A stretch of DNA of 64,000 nt, taken from the IMG/VR virus record IMGVR_UViG_3300027792_000011; one strand, 5' to 3'. Numbering within the stretch: the first letter of the stretch is position 1; each line of letters begins with the position of its first letter. Below are positions 1 to 8,668 of the stretch, piece by piece. A program made the position numbers and the translations under genes. The notes under the pieces are model-generated. The model did no database searches and had not been told where the DNA came from. It worked only from the letters and a program-made list of their open reading frames with translations. This DNA comes from a virus.

Positions 1-585
1 ATGAACCTAGTGATCGGGATTGATGGGGTCGGTTTGGGCGCCCTTGCCGGCCCCATCACTATAGCTGCAGTTGTCATGGAGAGGGATCAGACCATCAAAG
101 GAGTCCGTGACTCCAAGAAGGTCTCCAAGAATAGAAGAATTGATCTAGTCCATGACATAGACCGACAGAGTCTTTTCTGGATCATGGCTCAGTCGAGCTC
201 GAAGGCAATCGACAAGTACGGTATACGTACGTGCAACCTGACGTGCATGAAGTGGTGCGCCAAGATCGCTATGAAGTTGTATCCGGACGCGCTAGTGATT
301 GTAGATGGTACTGATCCAGTACCCGACATCGCAGCGTCAAAGCAAAGAGTAGTGATCAAAGCGGACGACAAGTTCATGTCGGTAGGTGCAGCTTCGATAA
401 TAGCCAAGGTCCAGAGGGACAAGTATATGGTCTCTCTGAGCACAGAGTGGCCCGCCTATTTGTTCCATGATCACAAAGGATACGGAACCAGAGATCATAT
501 TCATGCCCTCAACAAGTACGGTCCGTGTCCTGAGCATAGAGTGAGCTATGGTCCAGTAAAGCGGGCGAGCAGAAGGAATAGCTAG
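1..585 (+). CDS. rnhB: Ribonuclease HII-like protein with atypical active site
   Basis: GID(G)VG(L)GALAGP, DSKK, VIVDG, KADD, VGAASIIAKV.RD, HKGYGT and HR.SY motifs match RNase HII; the catalytic Glu and GRG motif are altered. Confidence 0.88.
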   Translation: MNLVIGIDGVGLGALAGPITIAAVVMERDQTIKGVRDSKKVSKNRRIDLVHDIDRQSLFWIMAQSSSKAIDKYGIRTCNLTCMKWCAKIAMKLYPDALVIVDGTDPVPDIAASKQRVVIKADDKFMSVGAASIIAKVQRDKYMVSLSTEWPAYLFHDHKGYGTRDHIHALNKYGPCPEHRVSYGPVKRASRRNS

Positions 586-588
586 AGT

Positions 589-1362
589 ATGCCACCAGAA
601 CAAGTAGAGATGTTCGAGGAACTGCGCTCAGTAAAGGGATGGCAGAGATGGCGAGCAAAACAAAAGGAAGAGCTAGGCATGTCGACGCAAGTAGAGATGT
701 TCCTGAATGAGGCACTGACTGTATTCAAGGAAGAGTTGTACAGAAAGCTCCGAGAGGTCATTGGGATACCTGACGGCGCTACCTTCGATATTGATGCCGC
801 CTGCGAAATGATCTCATCATTGAAGACGACGATCGATGTCCTGCAGAAGGTACGTACCTCCGAGCTCAACGCGAGGGGTGATCTTGCCGCTATGCTAATG
901 GGAAACTGGGATGAGATGATCCCATGGTCAAAATTGATTGATAGAGTGAGGGAGCTGATGATAAAGGCAAACGAATCCGAAAGTGGCGCGACAGAAGCCG
1001 TGCCATACGCATACCCGCCTGTTTGGTCGAATGTAGTCCATCTGAACAATCATGGCATGTGGCCTGGCGCAGTCATTCCAGTGTGGGTTGTGGAGCGTGT
1101 AAAAAGGTGGAAGTGTGGTCCAACAGATATCAAGATTCTCATGTGTGCGGCCAATTACGAGATTGAGAGGCTTCAGAAGCTGATCGAGATCACCAACGAG
1201 GTGCGAGACGAGGCCATACAAAAGGCCAATAGGCTGGAGGGGCTGATCAGTAATTGTATCATCTGTCTTGATGATGCGCGAGACCGCATTTCTGGTATAC
1301 GTAGCACGTTCGATATCGTCAGCGAAGTGAAAGACAAGATCAAGGTAGATAGAGGAGAGTGA
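589..1362 (+). CDS. Hypothetical protein with C-terminal coiled coil
   Basis: 257-aa ORF tightly packed between neighbours. Confidence 0.7.
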   Translation: MPPEQVEMFEELRSVKGWQRWRAKQKEELGMSTQVEMFLNEALTVFKEELYRKLREVIGIPDGATFDIDAACEMISSLKTTIDVLQKVRTSELNARGDLAAMLMGNWDEMIPWSKLIDRVRELMIKANESESGATEAVPYAYPPVWSNVVHLNNHGMWPGAVIPVWVVERVKRWKCGPTDIKILMCAANYEIERLQKLIEITNEVRDEAIQKANRLEGLISNCIICLDDARDRISGIRSTFDIVSEVKDKIKVDRGE

Positions 1363-1363
1363 G

Positions 1364-1663
1364 ATGGGTAAGAAGTGCTACAGAGATCTGTCTAGAGAGT
1401 GCGTCGGCGTAGACTGCATGGCGTACCAGGTAGGAAAAGAGTCGAAGGTTCTAGGATTCACGCCGTCAAGTGGGTGTGCCTTCATCATGTCGGCGACACT
1501 CGTTGGGACAAATGCACTGTTCGAGTTGCAACAGACGCTCAGCGGTATTGGTGCAGCTGGTTCTGGAGTTGGCGGTCTGCTCCAGAAGCTCATCCTCGAG
1601 AAAGTGTACGAGGCTCAACAACGAAAGGCCGAGGCGAAGGAGGAGCCTCGTGGTAGCGAGTGA
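1364..1663 (+). CDS. Small Cys-motif protein
   Basis: AGGAGAG RBS; C-x6-C-x4-C-M-A-Y...C motif; resembles 4596..4847. Confidence 0.7.
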   Translation: MGKKCYRDLSRECVGVDCMAYQVGKESKVLGFTPSSGCAFIMSATLVGTNALFELQQTLSGIGAAGSGVGGLLQKLILEKVYEAQQRKAEAKEEPRGSE

Positions 1664-1685
1664 CGTAAAGAGCTAAAATGGGGGT

Positions 1686-1922
1686 GTGAGAGTACATCGA
1701 AAGATCGGGCTCTTAGAGTTCCAACTCCGCTGTATCAACTGCGGAGCTGATCAGTTCATGACCGACTATGCCAACCTGAACCTGGGTGACGAAATCCACC
1801 CAGGGATAGGTGGCAACTCAGAGTACGGTCGGTGCAAGCAGTGTGGGAAAGGGGGCCTGAGAGTTGTAGATCGTGCAGATCTCAGGCCCCCTTCCAACGA
1901 TCCCCCATACTGGCCATTCTGA
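1686..1922 (+). CDS. Zinc-ribbon protein
   Basis: CINC...CKQC. Confidence 0.7.
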   Translation: MRVHRKIGLLEFQLRCINCGADQFMTDYANLNLGDEIHPGIGGNSEYGRCKQCGKGGLRVVDRADLRPPSNDPPYWPF

Positions 1923-1934
1923 TTTTAGCTAGCT

Positions 1935-1958
1935 AAGGAAAGAGGGAGAGACCCCTCT
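1935..1958 (-). terminator. Intrinsic terminator for 1983..2276
   Basis: AGAGGGG/CCCTCT hairpin followed by TTCCTT on the minus strand, between convergent genes. Confidence 0.5.
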
Positions 1959-1982
1959 AAATGGAGTGGTTTGCAGGGGGAG

Positions 1983-2276
1983 CTACGCTTCGATGTCTTC
2001 GTCTTTGTAGGTAGGATACGATCCTGGTGGGGTTACAACGTGAACACGTCCTGAGCGTTCACGCTTGTCCACGTCGTCTACTTCGTCTTGTAGCTGGTGT
2101 GCCTTACGCTCTAGCTTCCGTACGCGCTGCTTCAACTCCTCATTGTCGTCACCAATGGCGTAGCCTATTGCGGTGGCTACTGCCAGTAGTCCGATGCTGA
2201 GCAGGCCGCCGGCGATAGCTACTCCAGCTCCAGACTCCTTCTTTTCCTCTTGTTTCTCCTTCACCTTCCTCGGCAT
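1983..2276 (-). CDS. Small membrane-anchored coiled-coil protein
   Basis: GGAGG RBS; one hydrophobic helix (GVAIAGGLLSIGLLAVATAIGYAI) followed by a coiled coil. Confidence 0.75.
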   Translation of the reverse strand: MPRKVKEKQEEKKESGAGVAIAGGLLSIGLLAVATAIGYAIGDDNEELKQRVRKLERKAHQLQDEVDDVDKRERSGRVHVVTPPGSYPTYKDEDIEA

Positions 2277-2297
2277 CTCTCCTCCGTGTGAGCTCCT

Positions 2298-2386
2298 AAA
2301 AAAGGAGACCAGTCACCCACTCTCATTATTGAGGTGCATGTTTGAGGGTCCGGTCTCCTGAAGCCATGAAACATTCTTGGCCTCAA
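2298..2386 (-). ncRNA. Candidate structured small RNA or leader-attenuator A
   Basis: Follows CGTTATAAG; 5' hairpin GAGGCCA/TGGCTTC, then stem AGGAGACCGG/CTGGTCTCCT plus a U-tract. Confidence 0.5.
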
Positions 2387-2390
2387 TTAT

Positions 2391-2399
2391 CTTATAACG
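2391..2399 (-). promoter_or_regulatory. YGKTATAAG phage promoter motif
   Basis: CGTTATAAG; recurs at five intergenic minus-strand sites. Confidence 0.6.
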
Positions 2400-2457
2400 A
2401 TGGTGCCTCACACTTTTCCGAGATCAAAAACGTACACCCACTGTACGTCCAAATGTA

Positions 2458-2487
2458 TTGACACTCACTTTTTGAGCGTGGTACACC
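2458..2487 (+). promoter_or_regulatory. Sigma70-like promoter
   Basis: TTGACA-N18-TACACC with TG extension; 7 nt upstream of GTG 2495. Confidence 0.45.
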
Positions 2488-2494
2488 GGAAAGC

Positions 2495-2929
2495 GTGGGA
2501 TTACTCACAAAAGATCAAGTGGACGAGATCTGGGAGCGAAGAGGATTGAAGATTCGCGCCAAAAGATTTCGTAAATACCTCATAAGCATGGGGCTAGGAC
2601 CCATGACAGTTAGCGAAGATGTATTCCTTCGCCACATACACGATGAGTTCCTGATCAACTTCTTCGTGAAAGGAGTCCGTGAGGATGCAAGAGGACGTCA
2701 AGAGTTCCCCTCTGATGAGCCCAACACAAGTAGCAAAGGCACGAGCGAGGGGAAACATGCAGAGAGGAGCTCCAGTGATTCAGAGCGGTCCAGCACCTGT
2801 GCCCCTGAACCAACCGCCGCCCCCGCAGCAGAGAGGCCCAGCGGGGGTATCAATGCGAGAGCTGGGAGGACAGCCCCACCAAGAATCACCCAACCGTCAA
2901 TCTCGGTCTCCAGAGGAGATAAAGGCTGA
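2495..2929 (+). CDS. Hypothetical protein (C-terminal part overlaps next gene)
   Basis: ORF directly after a promoter; N-terminal ~65 aa look protein-like. Confidence 0.45.
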   Translation: MGLLTKDQVDEIWERRGLKIRAKRFRKYLISMGLGPMTVSEDVFLRHIHDEFLINFFVKGVREDARGRQEFPSDEPNTSSKGTSEGKHAERSSSDSERSSTCAPEPTAAPAAERPSGGINARAGRTAPPRITQPSISVSRGDKG

Positions 2930-3527
2930 TATGCAAAGATTGGCGGATGGGATCAAGCAGCACGAAGTAGCCACCAAGGAAGCAGAAGCACCACCTCCGC
3001 CAGAGGTGAAAGAGGATGAGACGAGCGACGATCTTCGTGAATGGCTGACCTCACCGAGCACGGAAGATCTGTTCAACAACACTCGCTACAAGAAGTTGGT
3101 AGAGAGTCGTCTGGAGAAGATGGAAGTCGAAAGCCTCATCATGCACGGTGAGGTGATCCAGTTTGTTCCGATCTTGATGAGGAAGGGAAGTCCGCAGTCC
3201 CGTATCTCCGCTACCTTCAGATCAGTCTCGGCTATGGAAGACCTAGCGATCAAGAAGAGATTCTATGAGGAGGAAGGTCCAGATCGATTCATGATCGATC
3301 GGTACTCTCTCATGAACCTTTGCATTGGTCTCAAGTCGTTGAATGGAACTGATCAGCAGCCTCATCTGGATGAGAATGGCAAGTTCGACGATGCAGCCTT
3401 CAAGAAAAAGTTCGAGAAGCTGCTCAAGATGCCGCACCAGCTCCTCGCACTCCTAGTCGTCAACTACATCTGGTTCGACGAGAGGGTACGCAAGCTGCTT
3501 GTCGCTGACGAGTTGGGAAATGGTTAG
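2679..3527 (+). CDS. Probable tail assembly chaperone (gpG-like)
   Basis: Ends at the slippery heptamer G GGA AAT (3515-3521) just before the stop; AAGGAG RBS. Confidence 0.65.
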   Translation: MRMQEDVKSSPLMSPTQVAKARARGNMQRGAPVIQSGPAPVPLNQPPPPQQRGPAGVSMRELGGQPHQESPNRQSRSPEEIKADMQRLADGIKQHEVATKEAEAPPPPEVKEDETSDDLREWLTSPSTEDLFNNTRYKKLVESRLEKMEVESLIMHGEVIQFVPILMRKGSPQSRISATFRSVSAMEDLAIKKRFYEEEGPDRFMIDRYSLMNLCIGLKSLNGTDQQPHLDENGKFDDAAFKKKFEKLLKMPHQLLALLVVNYIWFDERVRKLLVADELGNG

Positions 3528-3943
3528 CGACCCCGTTAGGCTGGGCGCGGGCCAACGTCATATACGACAAGATGGTTGGTCCGCCCGAACCGGGGTCTGT
3601 CATGGAGGCCCTTTGTCTCATGGTGCAGATACGCCGCGAGATGAAGGAACTCTATGCCACTCATGCCGTTGTCCAGACGGTATGGGCATCAAGACATCCA
3701 GACAACGACAGCACCGGAGAGGAAGTACGCAGCTCGTTCGAGTCGTACAAAAACTCCCTCATGCCATTCTTGAAGAATGAGATCAAGAGGGAGCATGACA
3801 GGATCGTTGAAGCTATGAATGAGGAAGCGCGTAGAGGTCCGATGGTGGTCACTGCAATTGCACCAATGAAGGTGAGCAGTCGTCTCCGTCAGAGAGTACT
3901 CAAGGAGGTAAACCAACCTCCTATGCGGAGGCAGAAGTGGTAG
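3515..3943 (+). CDS. -1 frameshift extension (gpGT-like); includes ORF 3572..3943
   Basis: The -1 frame from GGGAAAT is open (KWLATPLGWARANVIYDK) and continuous with MVGPPEPG... Confidence 0.65.
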   Translation, partial: GKWLATPLGWARANVIYDKMVGPPEPGSVMEALCLMVQIRREMKELYATHAVVQTVWASRHPDNDSTGEEVRSSFESYKNSLMPFLKNEIKREHDRIVEAMNEEARRGPMVVTAIAPMKVSSRLRQRVLKEVNQPPMRRQKW

Positions 3944-4263
3944 ACAACTCTGAAGCCTATGATGATTCTATCGATGAAGAGATCACTGCAGAAGAGATCG
4001 AGCAGAGAGATGTGTTCATGAAAGTGAAGGCTGGTTTACACCGAATCTGTGCAGAGAGGGACTGCCCTCCAGATAATGATCTATTGAATCGCATGACTAG
4101 CATGTTCATCGACGCACTGGCTAAAGGTGTAATGAAGCGCGATCCAATAGAGGAAATAACGGCTTTGGGGGCAAGTGCTAGATCTTCGAGTACGGTATCT
4201 GGTCTGTGGTGCAGACGCTTTCTGATCTTGGCCGCTACGGGCCTTATGTATCACGGTGGATGA
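3937..4263 (+). CDS. Hypothetical protein
   Basis: GGAGG RBS; overlaps neighbours in operon fashion. Confidence 0.6.
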   Translation: MVDNSEAYDDSIDEEITAEEIEQRDVFMKVKAGLHRICAERDCPPDNDLLNRMTSMFIDALAKGVMKRDPIEEITALGASARSSSTVSGLWCRRFLILAATGLMYHGG

Positions 4264-4606
4264 GATGGTGATCTGCCCACGATGTGCCTATCCTTATATT
4301 GGTGATGCTAGGATCGTATCCGAGAGAGAAGTGATCTGTGTGCGTTGCGATTGGAAGGGTTTGTCATCTAAGCTGCTCATCGTTGACGACGACAAGATCA
4401 TTGATCCAAGGGTATTCGACAAGTTGTACGCCTTGCTACACGAGGAGATAGCTCCGACAGTAGGAAGATTTCTACTTCAGTTAGGTATCGTTCAGCGAGG
4501 ATCATCTCCAGAACATCTGAAGCATCTAGCGGAAGTCCTTCGAGACTTCTCCTCGGCAGGATTCGAGGCGATTGTCAGAAAGGTACTGAACCCAAATGTC
4601 CATTGA
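4256..4606 (+). CDS. Zinc-ribbon protein
   Basis: CPRC...CVRC. Confidence 0.7.
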   Translation: MDEMVICPRCAYPYIGDARIVSEREVICVRCDWKGLSSKLLIVDDDKIIDPRVFDKLYALLHEEIAPTVGRFLLQLGIVQRGSSPEHLKHLAEVLRDFSSAGFEAIVRKVLNPNVH

Positions 4607-4847
4607 AGATAGTAAGATCATTGCACCAGTTCCTCCAAGGAGTACCTACTGTTGGCTCCACAGTGAGAGAATGTGCGGTGGTGATTGCGAGGCATTTGAT
4701 CCTGTCGCAGCTCGAGATGAGCAGGGAAAGAGGACAGCATGCAGACTGGTCAACAGTTTGGAGGGTCTGGGGAAGGCATTCGTTTCGATAGCCAGGTCCA
4801 AGAAGGAAATGCCGGGAGCGAGTCTGACTCCACCGAAGGTGATGTGA
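4596..4847 (+). CDS. Small Cys-motif protein
   Basis: CWLHSERMCGGDCEAF...C; resembles 1364..1663. Confidence 0.65.
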   Translation: MSIEDSKIIAPVPPRSTYCWLHSERMCGGDCEAFDPVAARDEQGKRTACRLVNSLEGLGKAFVSIARSKKEMPGASLTPPKVM

Positions 4848-5281
4848 TCCTCGGTGTAGTAAGCATAGGATCACACGATACGATTGGTGCTGGTGGTCGT
4901 CGTTGTGGGTATGTAATGGGCCTGGTAGATCTAACAGGGAAGAAGTACTACGTCGATATTTCTGAGAATACATATCGGGACATAGTGGATGTCTATGTGG
5001 CAGCAGTTCGAGGTTACGAAGCAGTAGATCAACATACCCCTGCGCCAGTAGGGAAGGATCCAACGGGTTCTCCCGAAGAGATAGAGCGCATGAAGTCTGT
5101 GCTCGAGCAAACTACCTCTACCGATGCCATGAGGAAGCTCGGCTTCATATCTGATGATGGCGTTGCGCAGTCCAGGACTGTTGATCCTGTTGATGACATA
5201 CTCGCAATGGCGTCTGACGAGAGTGATGACTACGAAGATCCGGGAGAGGAGAGCTTTCAGGAAGGTGTGGAGGGTTTGTGA
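4844..5281 (+). CDS. Hypothetical acidic protein (start probably GTG 4844, within ORF 4739..5281)
   Basis: GTGA overlap with the upstream stop; acidic C-terminus. Confidence 0.6.
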   Translation: MILGVVSIGSHDTIGAGGRRCGYVMGLVDLTGKKYYVDISENTYRDIVDVYVAAVRGYEAVDQHTPAPVGKDPTGSPEEIERMKSVLEQTTSTDAMRKLGFISDDGVAQSRTVDPVDDILAMASDESDDYEDPGEESFQEGVEGL

Positions 5282-5718
5282 TGGTGGGCGTGTGGGGTTT
5301 CTCTTGCTCCGATCTTCAGTGCAGGGCTGTGTACTCCGTAGACTATGCAGAGAGTGATACCGCAGTTCTCGAAAGTCTAGCCACGGATGGTACATGCCTT
5401 CACTGCGGAGCTGATCTAAAGATCATGCTGGCTCCTCCTAAAGAAGGAGTGCAGTTCGAGAGGTTCCAGATTCAGGAGTATTGGAGAAGGCTTCACGGAC
5501 TAGGTTCTGCCGACGAAAGAGTGATCGGCTGTACCAAAATCAAGCACCTTCTTACAAGTCAGAGAGTCATTGGTGCAGAGCTCGAGGAGTCACATACAGG
5601 AAGATGTGTGATCAAGAGCCTCACCACGGAAAACGGATGCGTTCTACACTTCGCCGTAGGATTCGGTGAAGCTGTGATCTACAAAGTTACGGAGGAAAGA
5701 CAATGCCAGGAAGAGTAG
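5278..5718 (+). CDS. Zinc-binding hypothetical protein
   Basis: CSDLQC...CLHC. Confidence 0.65.
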   Translation: MMVGVWGFSCSDLQCRAVYSVDYAESDTAVLESLATDGTCLHCGADLKIMLAPPKEGVQFERFQIQEYWRRLHGLGSADERVIGCTKIKHLLTSQRVIGAELEESHTGRCVIKSLTTENGCVLHFAVGFGEAVIYKVTEERQCQEE

Positions 5719-6032
5719 TGAACTATGAGAACGACTATGACGAGAGAGTAACGCCGAAGACGCTGCATGGCATCAAGGAAGTGAAGTTGCTGCTCATCCA
5801 GTGCTCCAATGCTGACGGGCGTACGCAAGTTCTCCTCGGGCTCGAGGTCGAGCCCGGTGATGTCAGAACCTTCCCTGAGAAGAGTTGGGAGAGCTTGGGG
5901 CGTCCAAGCGAGTGGCTCATGGCGCAGATCAATGAGCAGTTCTACGGAAGGAAACCGGCTGCCACAGATAGGCAACCAGCCAAGAAAGCAACTACGGTGC
6001 CTGTTTCGGTCAAGATGGACAACGCAGTATAG
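5703..6032 (+). CDS. Hypothetical protein
   Basis: GGAGG RBS. Confidence 0.65.
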   Translation: MPGRVVNYENDYDERVTPKTLHGIKEVKLLLIQCSNADGRTQVLLGLEVEPGDVRTFPEKSWESLGRPSEWLMAQINEQFYGRKPAATDRQPAKKATTVPVSVKMDNAV

Positions 6033-6041
6033 GAGGAACAG

Positions 6042-6350
6042 ATGATCAGGCCAATGGGTGACTGGATATTGGTGAAGCCAAATCCAGATGAGTCGAGTAC
6101 TGAGGAAGGGATCATCATTCCAGGAGAGGCACGACGGACGGCTGTGAAGACCGGTGTGGTCAAAGCAGTTGGACCTGGGAGGATCAACGAGAAAGGGAAC
6201 AGGGTGCCCCCAGATGTGAATGTTGGTGACACTGTTTCCTACATCTTTGCCTTGGAGAAGAGTAGGACTGGGGAATGTATGAAGATGTCGCTTGGAACCG
6301 ACGAGTTCATGCTTAGGGAAGCCGATGTCCTCACAGTCACCAGTGAGTAA
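6042..6350 (+). CDS. groES: Co-chaperonin GroES (Cpn10)
   Basis: IRPMGDWILVK, mobile loop TEEGIIIP, GVVKAVGPG, VNVGDTV, LREADVL. Confidence 0.92.
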   Translation: MIRPMGDWILVKPNPDESSTEEGIIIPGEARRTAVKTGVVKAVGPGRINEKGNRVPPDVNVGDTVSYIFALEKSRTGECMKMSLGTDEFMLREADVLTVTSE

Positions 6351-6513
6351 GAATGTCCGGTTGAGCTGCCGTATGGATAGGGGGCTGATGCTTTGGATTC
6401 AGATGTACGCAAGGCAGCACGGTACTACTGTTACTCAGATCATAAAGGCCCACTTTCAAGATCTGAGAGAGCAGCACTCAGTGTTGAAGCGTAGAGAGGT
6501 AGATCAGATCTAA
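6343..6513 (+). CDS. Ribbon-helix-helix DNA-binding protein
   Basis: VRLSCRMD...IQMYARQHGTTVTQII pattern; GTG start overlapping the groES end. Confidence 0.6.
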   Translation: MSKNVRLSCRMDRGLMLWIQMYARQHGTTVTQIIKAHFQDLREQHSVLKRREVDQI

Positions 6514-7088
6514 TGCCCGCGAGCTACGAGGAAGCAAAACATAGCTTCGATATTCATACTGGAGCTACGCAAGATGACATTGCTGACATGCTTCGTGCGC
6601 TTCTCAGTACCAAGGCTGTGGTCAGAAAAGTAGTCATCGAGGTAACTCCAGGACAAGGGCGTCAGGGAAAGATGACAGTAGATATGCTGACGCCGAAGAT
6701 AGGACCCCCTGATGGTGAAATACTGGAACCTGATCCAGAGAACCTATGGCAGATGATGAGCAGAATCCCACTCACGACACCTGATCTCAAGAAGGTGAAG
6801 ATGCGTGTACCCGCTGTGATGCGTTCTGTTGCGTTGATCATGCAGGCTGCTCTGTCCGCGGAATCAGAAGCTAGGATACCTGTTGGATGGATGATCAACG
6901 AAGATACTACCATATTCATGAAATGGCTTGGTTTACGGCTTTCAATCATGCCGTCCGTATACATGAACCTTCCTCTGCTACGTGTACCGTTCGTGGAGAA
7001 AGATCGCCTAGTACTTCTTTGTGCAAGAAGCAGGAAGATGGATCCAGTACGCAGCGAACGCGGTTTGGTTCTGCAGATGGAGGCTTGA
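6513..7088 (+). CDS. Hypothetical protein
   Basis: TAATG translational coupling. Confidence 0.7.
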   Translation: MPASYEEAKHSFDIHTGATQDDIADMLRALLSTKAVVRKVVIEVTPGQGRQGKMTVDMLTPKIGPPDGEILEPDPENLWQMMSRIPLTTPDLKKVKMRVPAVMRSVALIMQAALSAESEARIPVGWMINEDTTIFMKWLGLRLSIMPSVYMNLPLLRVPFVEKDRLVLLCARSRKMDPVRSERGLVLQMEA

Positions 7089-7089
7089 A

Positions 7090-7377
7090 ATGGTAAGGAA
7101 GATAATCTGCTCAATCTATGAAGATCGGCCAGAAATGTGCAAGAGCTACCCACAAACAGATGGGCGTTACGTACCCCCATCCTGCGGGTTCTTCTTTCCG
7201 GGTGACGGTACTCGTCACGGAGAGTGTGATCCTGAATGTGAGGCCGCCTGCTGTCGCCTTACTAGACAGGATGGTGAACCGTTGGGGTACCCACTAGAGG
7301 ACTATCTTGGTGGCCTTCCATGCAAGCACCTTGCTTTGATCGAGGGAGAAGATGACGAGAAAGCGAAGGAAGGATAG
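7090..7377 (+). CDS. YkgJ/CxxCxxCC-like Cys-cluster protein, apparently permuted
   Basis: CSIYEDRPEMCKSYP precedes CDPECEAACC and PCKHL; GGAGG RBS. Confidence 0.6.
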   Translation: MVRKIICSIYEDRPEMCKSYPQTDGRYVPPSCGFFFPGDGTRHGECDPECEAACCRLTRQDGEPLGYPLEDYLGGLPCKHLALIEGEDDEKAKEG

Positions 7378-7930
7378 TTCGGTATTGGATGAGGCGATTG
7401 CCGACGATCTGAAAGTTGCGCTATCTAGCTTCAGTTTCATCGAAGTCCTGGATCAAAGCATGACAACTGGTAGGGCGCGCATTCTTATGCGTGTGCACGA
7501 TGACTCATCTTGGTTGCCAGTACTGAAGCTGATTCTGCGTGAGGAAAGACGGCAGACGGAGGATCGTTGGTCCATTCACGTATGCAGGCAGTTCATGCTA
7601 CGCCCTGACAACGACGATGTACTGGCGTTTGCCTGGAACTTCATCCTACGCAGCAGTAACCTCAAAGGAGCCATAGCAGACATTTGTCGTGTGATCGACG
7701 TAGCTAAGAATGCGATCACATTTGAAAGTGGTTCTCAGCACCGTCGTAGCGCTCCAACTATCAGAGGTAAGAAGCCGAGAATGCAGACCAAGGCCCAACC
7801 TAACCGCAACATGGTCGGTGACATCATGGAATATCCGCTCATGGCAAATCCAAACAGAAATTTGCCTGAAGTACCTCTCTTTTCAAAAGAGAGGGGCAAG
7901 CAGAAGGGTGCCCATTTGATCGGAGGGTGA
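7352..7930 (+). CDS. Hypothetical protein
   Basis: 192-aa ORF in operon. Confidence 0.7.
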   Translation: MTRKRRKDSSVLDEAIADDLKVALSSFSFIEVLDQSMTTGRARILMRVHDDSSWLPVLKLILREERRQTEDRWSIHVCRQFMLRPDNDDVLAFAWNFILRSSNLKGAIADICRVIDVAKNAITFESGSQHRRSAPTIRGKKPRMQTKAQPNRNMVGDIMEYPLMANPNRNLPEVPLFSKERGKQKGAHLIGG

Positions 7931-7931
7931 G

Positions 7932-8666
7932 ATGAGCTTCTTTGGGCCTAAGCAACAACAGCTCCTAGATGCAGCAAGGACTGCTAGGATCGATCCAGCT
8001 CAGCTTCTTCCTTACGAGTCGAAGCTACTAGCAGAAGCTGGAGCTACGCTAGAGGACATCACTAGACCGCTTACGGCAGACGAACGGGCTGCAGTAGAAT
8101 CGAAGCGGCAGGCAATCAAGTCGCTACTTACAGAGGACACAACACTCAGGGCAAAATTCAAGATCGAGATTATGTGCGGGTCTGATAGATCCGTGGATAA
8201 ACCTTTTCGCGGATCTATTGTAGTCTTCAGAAGCGGAACTGCATTGCACGGTGGAGGAGATGAGGTAGTGTATCCATGTGTTGATCCACTATGTCCTGGA
8301 TTCATTCCACCAGAGCTGATCATGACAGCAGTAGGTAAGGCTGGTTGCCCAAAGTGTCAGCGTGTATGGGATCAAAGTAAGCTCAGGGAGATGTTCCTGG
8401 CTGTACTCCCAGCACAGAAGTGGGCATTCGTTCTATCTAGATTCTTCGTTCGTCTTGGACACGACGCTGATCTCTATCTCAAGAGCGCCCCCATAGACAT
8501 CAGAAAGAATACGATGTCGGAGAAAGAGAAGGATCAGGGAGGGATGCAATTGGCAGTTGCGCGAACTAGGAGACAACCGGTAATCTACCCACTGGATAGG
8601 ATCTACAAAGATCTTAGCAATGGAGCGAACCTGGAGCAGCGCTTCAGAGCCTTCGTGACGGCATAG
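7932..8666 (+). CDS. Hypothetical protein with zinc finger
   Basis: CVDPLC...CPKC; GGAGGG RBS. Confidence 0.7.
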   Translation: MSFFGPKQQQLLDAARTARIDPAQLLPYESKLLAEAGATLEDITRPLTADERAAVESKRQAIKSLLTEDTTLRAKFKIEIMCGSDRSVDKPFRGSIVVFRSGTALHGGGDEVVYPCVDPLCPGFIPPELIMTAVGKAGCPKCQRVWDQSKLREMFLAVLPAQKWAFVLSRFFVRLGHDADLYLKSAPIDIRKNTMSEKEKDQGGMQLAVARTRRQPVIYPLDRIYKDLSNGANLEQRFRAFVTA

Positions 8667-8668
8667 CG

